Source: Octopus sinensis
Lineage: Eukaryota
NCBI RefSeq assembly: GCF_006345805.1
Contig: NW_021833790.1
Coordinates: 1-55,035, forward strand
Length of the DNA stretch: 55,035 nucleotides
Reading direction: 5' to 3'
A model generated the notes under the pieces. The model had not been told where the DNA came from. It did not search any database and saw nothing but the letters and a program-made list of their open reading frames with translations. The position numbers and the translations under genes are program-made. Below are positions 1 through 12,505 of this stretch, piece after piece; the stretch's first letter is position 1, and each line of letters opens with the position of its first letter.

Positions 1-202
1 TCTAGCATCTTATAGCGTGTACGTTAAGTTGGCTGGAACTAATCTTTTAGTTAACTTCTGACACGAGACACTATGTACGTACGTACGTATCGAAAAACCC
101 CCCTCACACACACACACACCCACACACATTTGTATATAAATGTACGTACACGTATGCATGTATGTATAAACATATATATATATATATATGTATATACTCT
201 CT

Positions 203-589
203 CTTTTACTCTTTTACTTGTTTCAGTCATTTGACTGCGGCCATGCTGGAGCACCGCCTTTAGTCGAGCAAATCGACCCCGGCACTTACTCTTTGTAAGC
301 CCAGTACTTATTCTATCGTTCTCTTTTGCCGAACCGCTAAGTAACGGGGACGTAAACACACCAGCATCGGTTGTCAAGCAATGCTAGGGGTACAAACACA
401 CACACACACATATATATATATATACATATATACGACGGGCTTCTTTCAGTTTCCGTCTTCCAAATCCACTCACAAGGCATTGGTCAGCCCGGGGCTATAG
501 CAGAAGACACTTGCCCAAGATGCCACGCAGTGGGACTGAACCCGGAACCATGTGGTTTGTAGGCAAGCTACTTACCACACAGCCACTCC
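203..589 (-). mobile_element. tRNA-headed SINE, family A, full length
   Basis: Minus strand: A-box-like TGGCTGTGTGG, B-box-like GGTTCAGTCCC, CORE-like segment (family consensus ccttgggcaagt), central (TA/TG) microsatellite, 3' end ...cagcatggccgcagtcaaatgactgaaacaagtaaaagag. About 15 homologous copies in the window. Confidence 0.9.
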
Positions 590-681
590 ATATATATATA
601 TATATGTACAGGTACAGATATATACATGTATATATAAAGAACAGTTTAAATTATAAACATGGCAAATTGTAGTCATTTCTC

Positions 682-752
682 CGCAGACTGAAAAGATGAA
701 CAACTTTAGTCGATTTTCGGACCTTATTGGGTTCTCATCAGAGGCGTCTACA
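682..752 (-). ncRNA. Degenerate type I hammerhead ribozyme-like motif
   Basis: Minus: TGTAGA-CGC-CT CTGATGA GAACC CAATAA GGTCC GAAAA...TTTTC AG TCTGCG. One mismatch in stem II, UUC triplet, bulged stem I. Confidence 0.45.
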
Positions 753-1056
753 TCATTTTGACAGTCTCCTGAGAAGCAAGCAGCCAAACTGTTTATATAC
801 CCAACAAATGCAGCAGTTACTCTATCAAGGAGTATGTATATAATTAATGAGAGCTTGCGTTACATAATTATATATATACACACATATACTTATATATGCA
901 CAAACATATACATACATATGTGTATATAAAAATATAAGTAGATATATATATAATGTATATATATATGTGTGTGTGTGTGTGTGCGTGTATACACATGCAC
1001 GTATACTGAATCATATACAAACATGCATATTTATTCATATAGATACAATATATTTA

Positions 1057-1094
<38 letters not shown>

Positions 1095-1153
1095 TATATA
1101 CCCATTCCTATATATAGGTACATATACCCCACCACACACACAGAAACATATGC

Positions 1154-1186
<33 letters not shown>

Positions 1187-1484
1187 CATACACACATATA
1201 TGCACACAAACACATTTTAACATACATACATACATACATACATACATTTGAATATGCATATATGAGTATTCATATGCATAAACACACGACCACGTGCGCG
1301 ATACGGCATATTCATCGGAACCACGTCGTTCGATAATACATTGGCCGACAGATGACATTTACAGAAATACAAATTGATGCAAACGAAAATAGTCACAATA
1401 TCACTTTGACTAACAAAGCTTTCGTTGTCTGTCTGTCTGTATGTATGTATGTATGTGTGTGTTTGTATATATATTAATATATAC

Positions 1485-1539
<55 letters not shown>

Positions 1540-1596
1540 TTCAATTTTTCATACCAGACACCCACATATTTGGTAATAGAGTGGGTATCATATAAA

Positions 1597-1631
<35 letters not shown>

Positions 1632-1636
1632 GTAAA

Positions 1637-1805
1637 ATATTACATCTTCATGACAGCCAATTTATGTTGCTACGTAACATAAATTTTCCATTGATTTTAG
1701 CGAAATCAGCAATCATCTCCGATGATTGCTGAGTTTTGCCTCTCTATTTTCTGCATGAAACTTCATGGTAAAGAAAGTAAATTGGCTGTCATAAGACTAT
1801 AATAT
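1637..1805. mobile_element. MITE-like fold-back with nested hairpins
   Basis: Terminal IRs tcttcatgacagccaattta / taaattggctgtcataaga; internal hairpins at 1659-1685 and 1700-1739 (TCAGCAATCATC-TCC-GATGATTGCTGA). Confidence 0.6.
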
Positions 1806-2871
1806 AACAGGAACGTGTGTGTGTGTGTGTGTGATTGAACAATCAACAGTATTTTTACTTGAAATGGGTAACATTCATTTCATTGTATCGATGTTTCGAG
1901 ATCGAACCGACATTGTCAAAATCGACCTCGTGCTGTGTAGAAAGAAGACAATAATTTGGTATATTTTTCGCTTGATGGTCGACAGAAGGCGTCAGACTGA
2001 TTCTTTAGGCGAAGATTAAAAATCAAAAAATAAAACAAGACAATTCTTTGGTGAAGACGGTAAGACAACTAACCACTCTGGTTTTATGTCTCTTAGATTA
2101 ATCGGCAGTGACAGCCACTCGACATAGATGAATTCTTTCGCAGTAATTCTTTCTCAAGTACGAAACTCATTTTAACTTCGTGCATGGTCTGAGAAATCAA
2201 ATTGTTTTATGTTGGCGAAGTCGTTTTATCTTCACCAAATCGATTTGTCCTAAGAACTGGTTTGATGTTTCTGCCCACCGACAAAACAATGATTTACTAA
2301 ATTGTTGTCTTCGTTATTCGGTCGACTTAGACATTTTGAATTCTAATCATGCTCCTGTTCAAAGCTCATGTGTGTAAGAGTCACAAGGATGAAATGTCTG
2401 TGTCTTAAAATGAAATGTCACCTGTTTCGATGAGCGAAGAAAAATCTGCATTGCTGATGAGGTTTAAGTCAATCTTATGTCTACAAAGAACTTTTAATAA
2501 GTTTCTTCAAAAGCACGCGAAAAACACTCATACGCATTCACACACATTCATCATATATATATGTGTGTGTGTGTATTGTGTAAGACATGGATTCAGAGAA
2601 TTGCGTGGCTATTACAGAAAGCTCCTTCTTGCATAATATATATTATATCGCAAGAACCTGCATTGTCCAAAATGCATTCGTGTAAAGTCATATTCAACAC
2701 GTCCGAGTTCACTCTGATGTGAAGACAGTCCACTGCGAACATTGTCCCGGCTGAAACGTTTTCCTTTAGACAAGTGTGTAAAAGAATTTTCTACAAGGAC
2801 TATCTCCGCATCGGAAAGTCTTCTCACGTTCAAGTACACACGAATGTACTGAATATTACTTTGGATGTAAT

Positions 2872-3028
2872 TTCGGGGAAGGGAGTGAATCGATTAGATC
2901 GACCCCAGTGCTCAACTGGTACGTATTCCATCGATTCAGAAAGGAAGTACAAAGTCAACCTCGGCAGAATCTGAGCTCAGAACGTAAAGGCAGACGAAAT
3001 GCCGCTAAGCATTTCTGCCAGTCCGCCT
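2872..3028 (-). mobile_element. SINE family B (Nin/Deu-like domain), internally deleted
   Basis: Homology to the intact copy at 49888-50104. Confidence 0.75.
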
Positions 3029-3101
3029 TATATATATATCCAGTATGGCCGCAGTCAAATTAATGAAACAAGTAAAAGAATAAAGAATATATATATATAT
3101 A

Positions 3102-3305
3102 CTTTTACTTGTTTCAGTCATTTGACTGCGGCCATGCTGGAGCTCCGCCTTTTAGTCGAACAAATCGACCCCAGGACTTATTCTTCATAAGCCTAGTACT
3201 TATTCTATCGTTCTCTTTTGCCGAACCGCTAATTTACGTGGAAGTAAACACACTACTATCGGTTGTCAAGCGTTGGAGGGGTGACAGAAACACAGACACA
3301 CAAAC
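3102..3305 (-). mobile_element. SINE family A, 3' half
   Basis: Matches the 3' half of copy 203-589; breaks at the central microsatellite. Confidence 0.9.
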
Positions 3306-3951
3306 ATATATCTATATATCTATATGTATATGTATATATGTCTGTATGTATATGTATGTATATAATATATATATATATATTATGTGATAGAAAGATGAAT
3401 AATCTTGTAGTGGATTATCAAAGTTTAACCGATACCTTTAGTAGCAAAAATCACAGCAGTGAACAGCAGGTTGGAGGTACAACCTTCTGGCGTTGCAACC
3501 GAGCGTTGGTGCGGATAATTGAAATTAAACATTATTGGTGAATTGAAGAAATGGAGCTGAACGCATATTGAACAGAAATCGTTTTTATTTCAATCTACAC
3601 GTGTTTCGAAAGGCACAAATTACCAAATCCGATGAAAATGGGACCATATTGTGTCTTTCTCTTCAGGAAGAAAAAAGGAAATCCGTTGAAAACAAAAACA
3701 GAACAGAGGCGAGCAAAAACAAATCGAACTGTGCTCCTAAGAGCCCATGGCGAAACTGTTTATCAGTGTATGTGAGAACCGGTGGCTGAAGAATTCAACA
3801 GGTCAGGCATCGGTCAAACATGTGGGTGGGGGTGTATAGATGTTTCTTTTGTGACCGAAATAAGTCTGACTATTTAAAGAATATTGGATTTTTATAAGGG
3901 GCGAGAAAAAATCTACTTAGACGTGTGTGTGTGTATACTGTTCTATATATG

Positions 3952-3994
<43 letters not shown>

Positions 3995-4010
3995 AGAAGA
4001 GAGAGAGAGA

Positions 4011-4143
4011 GGCTTCTTTCAGTTTCCATCTACCAAATTCGCTCACAGGGCTTTGGTCGGCCCTAGGCTACAGTAGAAGACGATTGCCCAAGGTGCCACG
4101 TAGTGGGACCATGTGGCTGGTAAGCAAACTTCTTACCACTCCC
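4011..4143 (-). mobile_element. SINE family A, 5' half
   Basis: ggcttctttcagtttcc...ttgcccaaggtgccacg...cttaccac. Confidence 0.85.
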
Positions 4144-4459
4144 ACACACATAATATGAACGAGAAATAATAACTGTCTTAACAAGATAGTGGAAAATTAT
4201 CTACAGATCATATATATATATTGAAAGTCCTGACATTGAAACCCATAATTTTCTGACTCCAACTACCGTATAGTTCAAGGTTAATTTCATTTTGTATTAT
4301 AGCCAGTCACTCAACCGTGGGCATTCGAAAATACTGAAGCACATATATATTCGTCTTTGTGTCACACAAGAATGGGTTTTTAGGATTTTCCTTTGTGATA
4401 CATCGATGGAAATAACGGTGTCCTAAATTACTTTTAGCTTTAATTAGGCCACGGAGGAG

Positions 4460-4560
4460 ATTTAAAAACTAAGAATTATGTACCGTAAAACTCTCTGTAT
4501 AGTATGCATATTTTTCTTGTCAAAAATAAAAAAAATTGGAGACCAGGGGTGAGTATCATG
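4460..4560 (+). mobile_element. Decayed pogo/Tc1-like DNA transposon end
   Basis: taccgtaaaactc...gtatagtatgca...ggggtgagtatcat resembles TACCGTA-type termini from recall; no partner end found. Confidence 0.3.
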
Positions 4561-4607
4561 AATGTTATTTGCAAAAGCTCTTTTTATCCTCACTAACGAC
4601 AGAATAA

Positions 4608-4765
4608 GTATATTTATTACTTTATTACCCACAGGGGGCTAAACACAGAGGGGACAAACAAGGATAGACAAAGGGATTAAGTTGATTACATTGACCCCAG
4701 TGTGTAACTGGTACTTATTTAATCGACCCCGAAAGGATGAAAGGCAACGCCGAACTCAGTGGGGC
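4608..4765 (-). mobile_element. SINE family B, 3' part with the ...tgggtagtaaagaaata-type tail
   Basis: Homology to 17281-17655 and 31745-31929. Confidence 0.85.
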
Positions 4766-4796
4766 AGAGTAAATTATATTAATTGCTAAATCCACA

Positions 4797-4968
4797 AGGT
4801 TTTTTTTGTTCTCTCCGTTTATTTCTTCGTGTTCCGTTCTGCTGAAGAGCATAGGCTCGAAATATTAAAGACTTTCTCACTTTCCCAAGCGTCAAACTAA
4901 TATACCAGCGTGTTGTTTATACATCTGTCTTCGTCTTTTGTGTTTCTCTGTAAATTTTAACTATATAT
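4797..4968 (+). mobile_element. Short HHR-bearing element, family H1 (PLE-terminal-repeat/retrozyme-like), decayed
   Basis: CTGCTGA A GAGC ATAG GCTC GAAA TATT AAAG at 4839-4870; body homologous to 19305-19470 and 21983-22170; ends ...ttaactatatat. Confidence 0.7.
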
Positions 4969-5106
4969 CTTTTATTTGTATCAGTAATTAGATTGTGGCC
5001 ACACTGGAGCACCACCTTGACTAAAATTTAGTTATATGTATCGATACCGGTAGTAATTTTTTGTAAAGTCTGGTACTTATTCTATCGATCTCCTTTCCCG
5101 AACAGC

Positions 5107-5376
5107 ATGCTCGTGAAATTAATAAGCAAGTGGCTGAGCACTCCACAGACACGAGTACCCCCTTAACGTAGTTCTCAGGGATATTCAGCGTGACACAAAG
5201 TGTGACAAGGCCGGCCCTTTGAAATACAGGTACTACTTATTTTTGCCAGCTGAGTGGACTGGGCATGAGTGACGGGAAATAAAGTGTCTTGCTCAAGGAC
5301 ACAACGCGTCGCCGGGAATTGAACTCACGACCTTACAATCATAAGCCGAAAACCCTAACCACTAAGCCACGCAGCT
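5107..5376 (-). mobile_element. tRNA-headed SINE, family D
   Basis: Minus head gctgcgtggcttagtggttaggg...gagttcaattcccgg, then gtgtccttgagcaagacactttattt core. Confidence 0.85.
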
Positions 5377-6424
5377 TCACATACCTACATACATACATAC
5401 ATAATGAGATATTAAAAATTAATATATCTGATTATAGTAGATCATCTACTCTCGTAGCAGTTCTACAGCAATGCATGTTATACGAGGTATTATGAGAGAT
5501 TGAAGACAATTTAGACCCCAAAATCGCGCTACATATATATTTCCATATACTAAATTGGTGTATAAACATCATAAACTATAACTACGGTATTTAAGAGCTT
5601 AATTATTAACACATCGTTAAATTCTAATTCTTTATTACAATGCAACAGATATTAGCAGGATAAATTTGCGTGCACATAACGAATCGGCTAAAACGATAGT
5701 GGAAACCCATCACATTATAATAATAAAAATAAAGCATAAAAGCAGGAATTTTATAGGAAGATTCATAATGTATAATTTAACTGTCCTCAAATTATTAAAT
5801 CATGAATTATCTACGAAGCAGATACTTTCCTGTCTTGATATAATTCTGTATGCGAGTACGTGTCTGTGTGTGAGTATACATATGTACTTATGTTATATAT
5901 ATGTGTGTCTATATATATGTGCATGTATTATGAATATGTGTGCGTATTCACATCTAAGTATGATGTATGTATGTGTTATATATATATATATATATATATA
6001 TATAACTCCAAGAAAGTTAGTGGTTATATATTCATGTTTTTTTAATAATTACTTGTATCCTTATCTTATATGCATAGAATAATATACTATATGTATGTAT
6101 GTTATAATTATCAGCTTAATAAATAAATAAGTTAGCACTTTTAATGTTCTAAAGTTGATGAACCAACTATTGTTCTCCTCCATTTTCTTATTTGCAATAT
6201 ATATATATATATATATATATAAACTGTACTTGGAGAAGAAGAAACGAAACGAAACGAAACGAATCGACGCGAGGGCGCTTAGTCATACAATAGTGTAATG
6301 AATAAAATATATGCATACATACATACATATATGTACGTACCTACATCTACATGTATATATACATGCATATATAAATATATATACGTGAGTACAGGACACC
6401 ACAAAGAGAGAGAGAGAGAGGGGG

Positions 6425-6781
6425 GGGAATGTGGTTGTGTGGTAAAGAAGCTTGTTTAGCAGCGACGTGGTTTCCAGTTCACTCCCAATGCGCAGCACCT
6501 TCAGCAAGTGTCTTCACCTATAGCTGCAGGACTGACTAATAATGCCTTATGAGGGAAGACGGAAACTTGTGCAGAAGTTTGATGTTGTTGTTGTTGTTGT
6601 GTGTGTATATATGTGTTCGTGTGCCTTTGTGTTTGTCCCCAACGAGTGTTGGCTTGTTTGCAAAAGGGATCGATAGAATAAGTGCCAGACAGAAGCAATG
6701 AGTACTAAAGTAGATTTGTTCAAGTGAATTCTTCAACGCGGTATTTGTGGCAGTCCAATGACCGAAATAAGTAAAAGACAA
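6425..6781 (+). mobile_element. SINE family A, old diverged copy
   Basis: Colinear but diverged homology to 9554-9929. Confidence 0.7.
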
Positions 6782-6942
6782 TATATAATGTTGGTAAAAT
6801 GCTAATCGTTTCGTCTGCTTATTCTGATAGGAAATTTCTTGACATCTTTCTCTAACAAACAAAACTCTGTAACTCCTATTAGCAAACGAAACAACTGTAA
6901 TGGTGAACAAATAATACTGAAATGTTTTGAAGCTTCCTGTTT

Positions 6943-7006
<64 letters not shown>

Positions 7007-7089
7007 TGTGTGTGTGTAATAGACTTCTTTGGTTGTTTGGCTGTAAAGTAGATATTACGGGTGAAAGGCGAGGAACCGACTCAAGCAAA

Positions 7090-8000
7090 CAAATATATCT
7101 GATAAGAGATTCTACCGAACAGGAATGACAATGAATAGGGAGTCATGAAGGAGCATTCTTACACAGGGGAAGTAAATATTTCCGTGTAGAGCGAGAAAAT
7201 AGAAATTCTAATGGCAAAGACAAGAATTTCTACAAACAGGAAGTGGAAATACCCATATAGATGAAGGAATGCAATCAGTTAAAATGACAAATATTTCTAC
7301 AAAAACAAAATAATTCTTCCAATGTAAACGTTATTTTCTCCCAATAACGGTTAAAGAGCTGTATGGACACCGAATTTCGTTATGCAATCATAATATACTA
7401 AAAAAGTATATTAAACGTTTTTTTATAAGTTAATACTATGTTCTACTGCGTTAAGGTTATCTTTGTGAATTTTCAATAAAATTTATAACCCGCAGTGATT
7501 TTATTACAGCGTTTCATATCCGAGACCGCCTGATGTAAACGATATTGAGATCGAAGATGAAAAATGGGTAATGAAATGAACGCCATTACAAAATCAGCTC
7601 TGGCAATAATTTCTATGTAAAATCTGTGGAAATGACCTTAACAAGTCTCCAAATAATGTTATTTTAAATTTTATTTTATTTTTTCCAAATGTGTCTTATA
7701 TGCCATCATATAGGGGATGTTTCTAATGACAGGAACTAGATTTTCTTTTTTTACACCGGAGGTAATCTTCTGCAGGTAGATGAGGAAGTAGAACTAGGAG
7801 GTTTTAAGATGGGCGGACAGTTTCTACCGACAGAAAATAGTTGTCTGCAACACAGGAAATGGTACGTCCACAGACAGAAGATTAACATTTCTACAAACTG
7901 GAAGTGAGATTTTTATAGATAAAAAGTGAGTTTTTCATAGACAGAAAGTAAAATTCTATATGCGCAAGCAATAATTCAATATATAGGAAATAAATATTTT
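7090..8000 (+). repeat. Degenerate ~30-45 bp tandem repeat (tttctaYaRacaggaagtRgaa), two blocks
   Basis: Recurrent acaggaagt/acagaaagt/actggaagt units in ~7090-7310 and ~7715-8000, separated by unrelated sequence. Confidence 0.55.
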
Positions 8001-8015
8001 CACAAGCGGCACAAG

Positions 8016-8434
8016 GGATCTTTTCGGTTTGAACGGCAGTTTTTTCTAGCGGTGTCATATGAAATTGTCACCCATAATTATAACCCTAGTATCGATCTAT
8101 TGCATTTCAATCTGTTTTAGGGTTAGGGTTAGTTAGGGTTAAGGGTATCTTTTTTCCTTCACAAATGTAAATAAACCCAATCTGTTTCTTAAACGAGGGA
8201 CATATTCGTACGGCACAGAATGTTTTTTTACCTCAATGGACGTCATTGTTTGGTTGAAATTGCAGAAATTAAAGAAAAAAAAAACCCCAAATATCTTACA
8301 AACCATAGAATTTTCTCAATAAAGCCAAGAGAAAAAGATGTTTTATAAACACATTCTACCAGTATACGAAGTTTAAAAGTGTTTAGTTACGTGGAAATTA
8401 TTTTAAAAAGCTGCTGTTCAAACCGAAAAGATCC
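8016..8434. mobile_element. MITE with 30-bp TIRs and internal TTAGGG repeats
   Basis: TIRs ggatcttttcggtttgaacggcagtttttt (8016-8045) and aaaaagctgctgttcaaaccgaaaagatcc (8405-8434), 28/30 match; ttagggttagggttagttagggttaaggg at 8117-8145. Confidence 0.85.
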
Positions 8435-8464
8435 GAAAGCAGTAATTCTACAAATTGCTTACAG

Positions 8465-8705
8465 CAGTGATCCCAACCATTTTTCTTTACATATAACCCT
8501 TTGAAATCGCTGTTTTACTTGCACGGACCCTCGTAGCCATCAGATGTTTTAGAAAATTCTTTAAGAACTGTATGAAAATTGTTAAAACATTTTGTGTATT
8601 GTCGAAGTATAACTAATTTATTGAACATAATTTTAAACAACAAAACCTTATATGGACCTCGAAGGGTTACACGAACCCAAAAGGGTCACGAACCCGAAAG
8701 GGTCA
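8465..8705. mobile_element. Decayed hAT-like MITE with tandemly amplified subterminal hairpin
   Basis: Left end cagtgatcccaacc; three gaacccRaaagggtca-like units resembling the right end of 27565-27911. Confidence 0.4.
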
Positions 8706-9051
8706 TCTAGAACTTGGTCAAGAAGCACTAGCTTAGGAGTAATCCTAACATCAGGGGAATAATCTTTCGGCAAGCGGAATACTCTTTTTGAGAATATTCC
8801 AACTTTAGGAAATCGGAATATTCTCAAACAGAAAATCGAATTTCTAAGATCAATGACCGGTTCAAAGAGGGTCACGCTGTCCATAGGTTACCGAAAGGAT
8901 AAATGGATCAACTAAATGGAACATCTCTGAATCTTATAAACTAAACTTCTTTGTTTCTTGCCAGAAGTTTTATTTAATCGATGCCACAGATTTTCGACAT
9001 CTTCACCTCCACAAATACCAACACCAGCGAGACAATGAAGCCTTTGCGTGA

Positions 9052-9500
9052 TCGTTCCATCTGCTAGAAATAACAGTAACATCTCCCTCAAATTACATCC
9101 TACACTCTAAAGTAAGAAACAGATTATGCATTGAATCGTATTCTTACGAACTCCTAAGATATGGGATGGGCCTGGATGGAATACATTCGATCATCGATCT
9201 ACAGGATTAAGAATGACCTCGGGCTGAACAACAAGAAGCTAACCCTTCCTCAAATCACAAATACCTTTAAAAAAACTAAAATTACACATTCAACAATAAG
9301 TGAAATGTGCCTAACGTAAATGGTAGGATGGTCATGAATGGAACGCCACTGAGCGTATGTCTGCTCGAATGGAGTCGAACTAGGGTTAAGCAACAACAAA
9401 AACACCATTGCTACGAATCAATAAGGGAAGGTTTTAAGTGTTAGCTTGGCCTGCTAGTAATAGAAACCAAATCTCCTTAAAATCACACCATATCTTACAA
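9052..9500 (+). mobile_element. Family C retroposon-like repeat, ~2.5 tandem diverged units
   Basis: ctgctagaaata...aaatctccctcaaat...gggatggtcatg...(aac)n architecture repeated at ~9052, ~9240 and ~9448. Confidence 0.65.
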
Positions 9501-9553
9501 AAACGCAGGCCATATTATCTTTGAAATTAAAAAGAAAAAAAAAATCGATGAAC

Positions 9554-9929
9554 GCAGGAGTGGCTGTGTGGCAAGTGGCTTGCTTACCAACCACATGGTT
9601 CCGGGTTCAGTCCCACTGCGTGGCACCTTGGGCAAGTGTCTTCTGCTGTAGCCTCGAGCTGACCAAAGCCTTGTGAGTGGATTTGGTTGACGGAAACTAA
9701 AAGACGCCCGTCGTATATATGTATGTATGTGTGTGTGTGTTTGTGTGTCTGTGTTTGTCCTCACAACATCGCTTGACAACCGATGCTGGTGTGTTTACGT
9801 CCCCGTAACTTAGCGGTTCGGCAAAAGAGACCGATAGAATAAGTACTAGGCTTACAAAGAATTAGTCCTGGGGTCGAATTGCTCCAGCATGGCCGCAGTC
9901 AAATGACTGAAACAAGTAAAAGAGTAAAA
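9554..9929 (+). mobile_element. SINE family A, near full length
   Basis: gcaggagtggctgtgtggcaagtgg...ggttcagtccc...ccttgggcaagt...aagtaaaagagtaaaa; small deletion in the 3' half. Confidence 0.92.
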
Positions 9930-10569
9930 TAATAAAGAACACCTCCCACCATCAACATTTCCACCACTAACACCGCCACCTCCATCAGAACTGTATTAAT
10001 ATCCAAACGAATCATGTGATGCAGGCAGGACTCAAGTTTGGTCCACAAATGACCACTCCCCTAAAACTCGCCCACAGTCTTATTTTCCTTAATACCCATA
10101 CCCTACACACACATATACACCCACAGAAACCGTTCATTTGCTGCACTTCCACACTGCACCCAGCAATGCAGCAACGGTCCCGTCCCAAACTGTTAAATAA
10201 CAGAACAGTTAATAATAATAATAATAATAATAAAACAGAACACGGAAAGAAAAAAAACCAAGACAAACACCTTCGTCTTTAAGACATTTGCCACACCTTA
10301 TTTTTTTTTTCAAGCACATACATACAAACGCACACATACATATGCACATATTCATTATCATAGGCCACACCCTGTAGACCACACCCAAGCTGGCGAGCGA
10401 ACGAGCGAGCTAGAATGCTTTTTAGCTGGTCAACACTGCTATCCGTCATATTTTAAGTAGATGCAACGAGTAAAAGTGCACATCATATGACCATCACAAG
10501 ACTTGGCTATTTTTGAGTTTTATTGAACAGGACCGCGCGTACGCTCGTACGCACACACCCACACATGCG

Positions 10570-11050
<481 letters not shown>

Positions 11051-11538
11051 TACTTTATATATTGATTTATGCATTTACAAATACAGAAATCATGTGATAG
11101 CGAGTTTACAACATAAAGAATATTTTTTATGGCTTAAAAAATACTTCATCAAATTTTAACCAGCATATATAATAAATTCAAATAAACTAAAGAATAAGCA
11201 GACTTAAATAGTATCAAGTTAGAGATACTGAAAGAACGACGGTTCTATGCTCAGATGCTGCCTATATAAGGGGACCTTCACTTTGTATTGCTTAGTAATG
11301 ACAACGATGGGCAGCACCTATCGTCTTTTGCAAGGACTCCAGTCCAAGACCACTGGGAGAATGAAGGAAAAGTTGAAGTCCTGATACTGGAGAACCTGGT
11401 TCAAATAGCTTACTCAGAGGAGTTGTAGAGTCTGTGGAAAACTGGAAAAATTGGTTAAGAAACAAAAGAGAACCTACAAAATTTGTGGTGTTTTGTTACG
11501 TCCCTAAATGTTTCCCCTGAAAAAGGTGCGTGGATAAA

Positions 11539-11845
11539 TCTCTCTCTATATAAAGCAGAATTTGTCTGTGTGAGTGGCAGGTTTGGTAGCCTCCAACTAA
11601 CACTATCTCCTCCGAGACCCTGCGGCGTAAGTTGACCAAAATTGAGAGTATGATAGAAGAAGGCTTGCTCTTCATTCTGTAGGAGGTAAAATTCAAATCG
11701 GACCATATTATCACCAAAAATTATTTACATCAAAAAGGTGCTTTTTTCCTATGAAAATCCCTATTTTTTACGATTTTTTGACTGCTGTGTCGCCATTTTT
11801 CGGTGTACTTCAACCAGAATTAAACGTATTTCACACAAATATAAG
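11539..11845 (+). mobile_element. Helitron-like non-autonomous element, 5' part
   Basis: A|TCTCTCTCTATATAAAGCAGAATTTGTCTGTGTG start, same style as the 5' end of 24996-25360; no 3' CTAG end found. Confidence 0.45.
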
Positions 11846-11876
11846 GAATGATATCTTGTATAATTTATCTACACCT

Positions 11877-12000
11877 AGCAGAGTCGTTAGAGCGTTGGAC
11901 AGAATGCCGTGCGTTATGCGTTCTAATTCTCTGCGTTCTGAGTTCAAATTCATCTGAAATCAACTTAGCTTTTCATCCTTTCGGTATCGATGAAAAATAT
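11877..12000 (+). mobile_element. SINE family B, diverged
   Basis: gcagagtcgttag...ctgagttcaaatt...gcttttcatcctttcgg. Confidence 0.7.
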
Positions 12001-12385
12001 CGATCCTGGACTGTGAAGTGGGCGAAATTAGTGAAGGGTCGGGCAAGATACTTTACAGTAATCTCGTCCGGCTCTTTTGCATTCTGACAGCAACGTCTCA
12101 GACGACACTGGTGTCAAGTTGTATCGGCCCAAGTTACCAGATTAATCCTTAGATAAACATTAAGAGCTCGGAGAGGGTAGATTTGCAATGCATCGACAAT
12201 TGTCAGGCTTGCTAACAAAAGAAAGAGAAAATCTTGGCACGGCCTGAGCATACATATATAGATGAATGTTCAGCCTTGACCGTGGGAAGCCCGAGGGTAA
12301 CGGAATTAGCAGTATTTGGCTATAATACTTTACGTTCTGAGTTCAAATCGTACTAGGGTAACTAGTGCTCAACAAGTACTCAGGG

Positions 12386-12505
12386 GAGGCGCGTGGCTTA
12401 ATGGTTAGGGTGTCAGCATCATGATCGTAAGATTGTGGTTTCGATTCCTGGACCGGGCGACGCATTGTGTTCTTGAGCAAAACACTTCATTTCACGTTGC
12501 TCTGA
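12386..12505 (+). mobile_element. SINE family D, head plus core only
   Basis: ggcgcgtggcttaatggttaggg...ggtttcgattcctgg...gtgttcttgagcaaaacacttcatttcacgttgctc. Confidence 0.85.

Noticed and set aside
3667-3767. Plus-strand candidate exon (tctttctcttcag ... gtatgt), and similar candidates near 709-831 and 40476-40590
   Set aside because: Plausible splice signals, but the peptides are unrecognisable and do not form a consistent gene model; needs RNA-seq.
8117-8145. Chromosome end or fusion scar
   Set aside because: Only ~4 imperfect units, enclosed within a TIR element.
8653-8705. Three tandem ACCC-RAAA-GGGT tetraloop hairpins as a structured RNA
   Set aside because: Better explained as a duplicated subterminal palindrome of a hAT-like MITE (compare 27865-27900).
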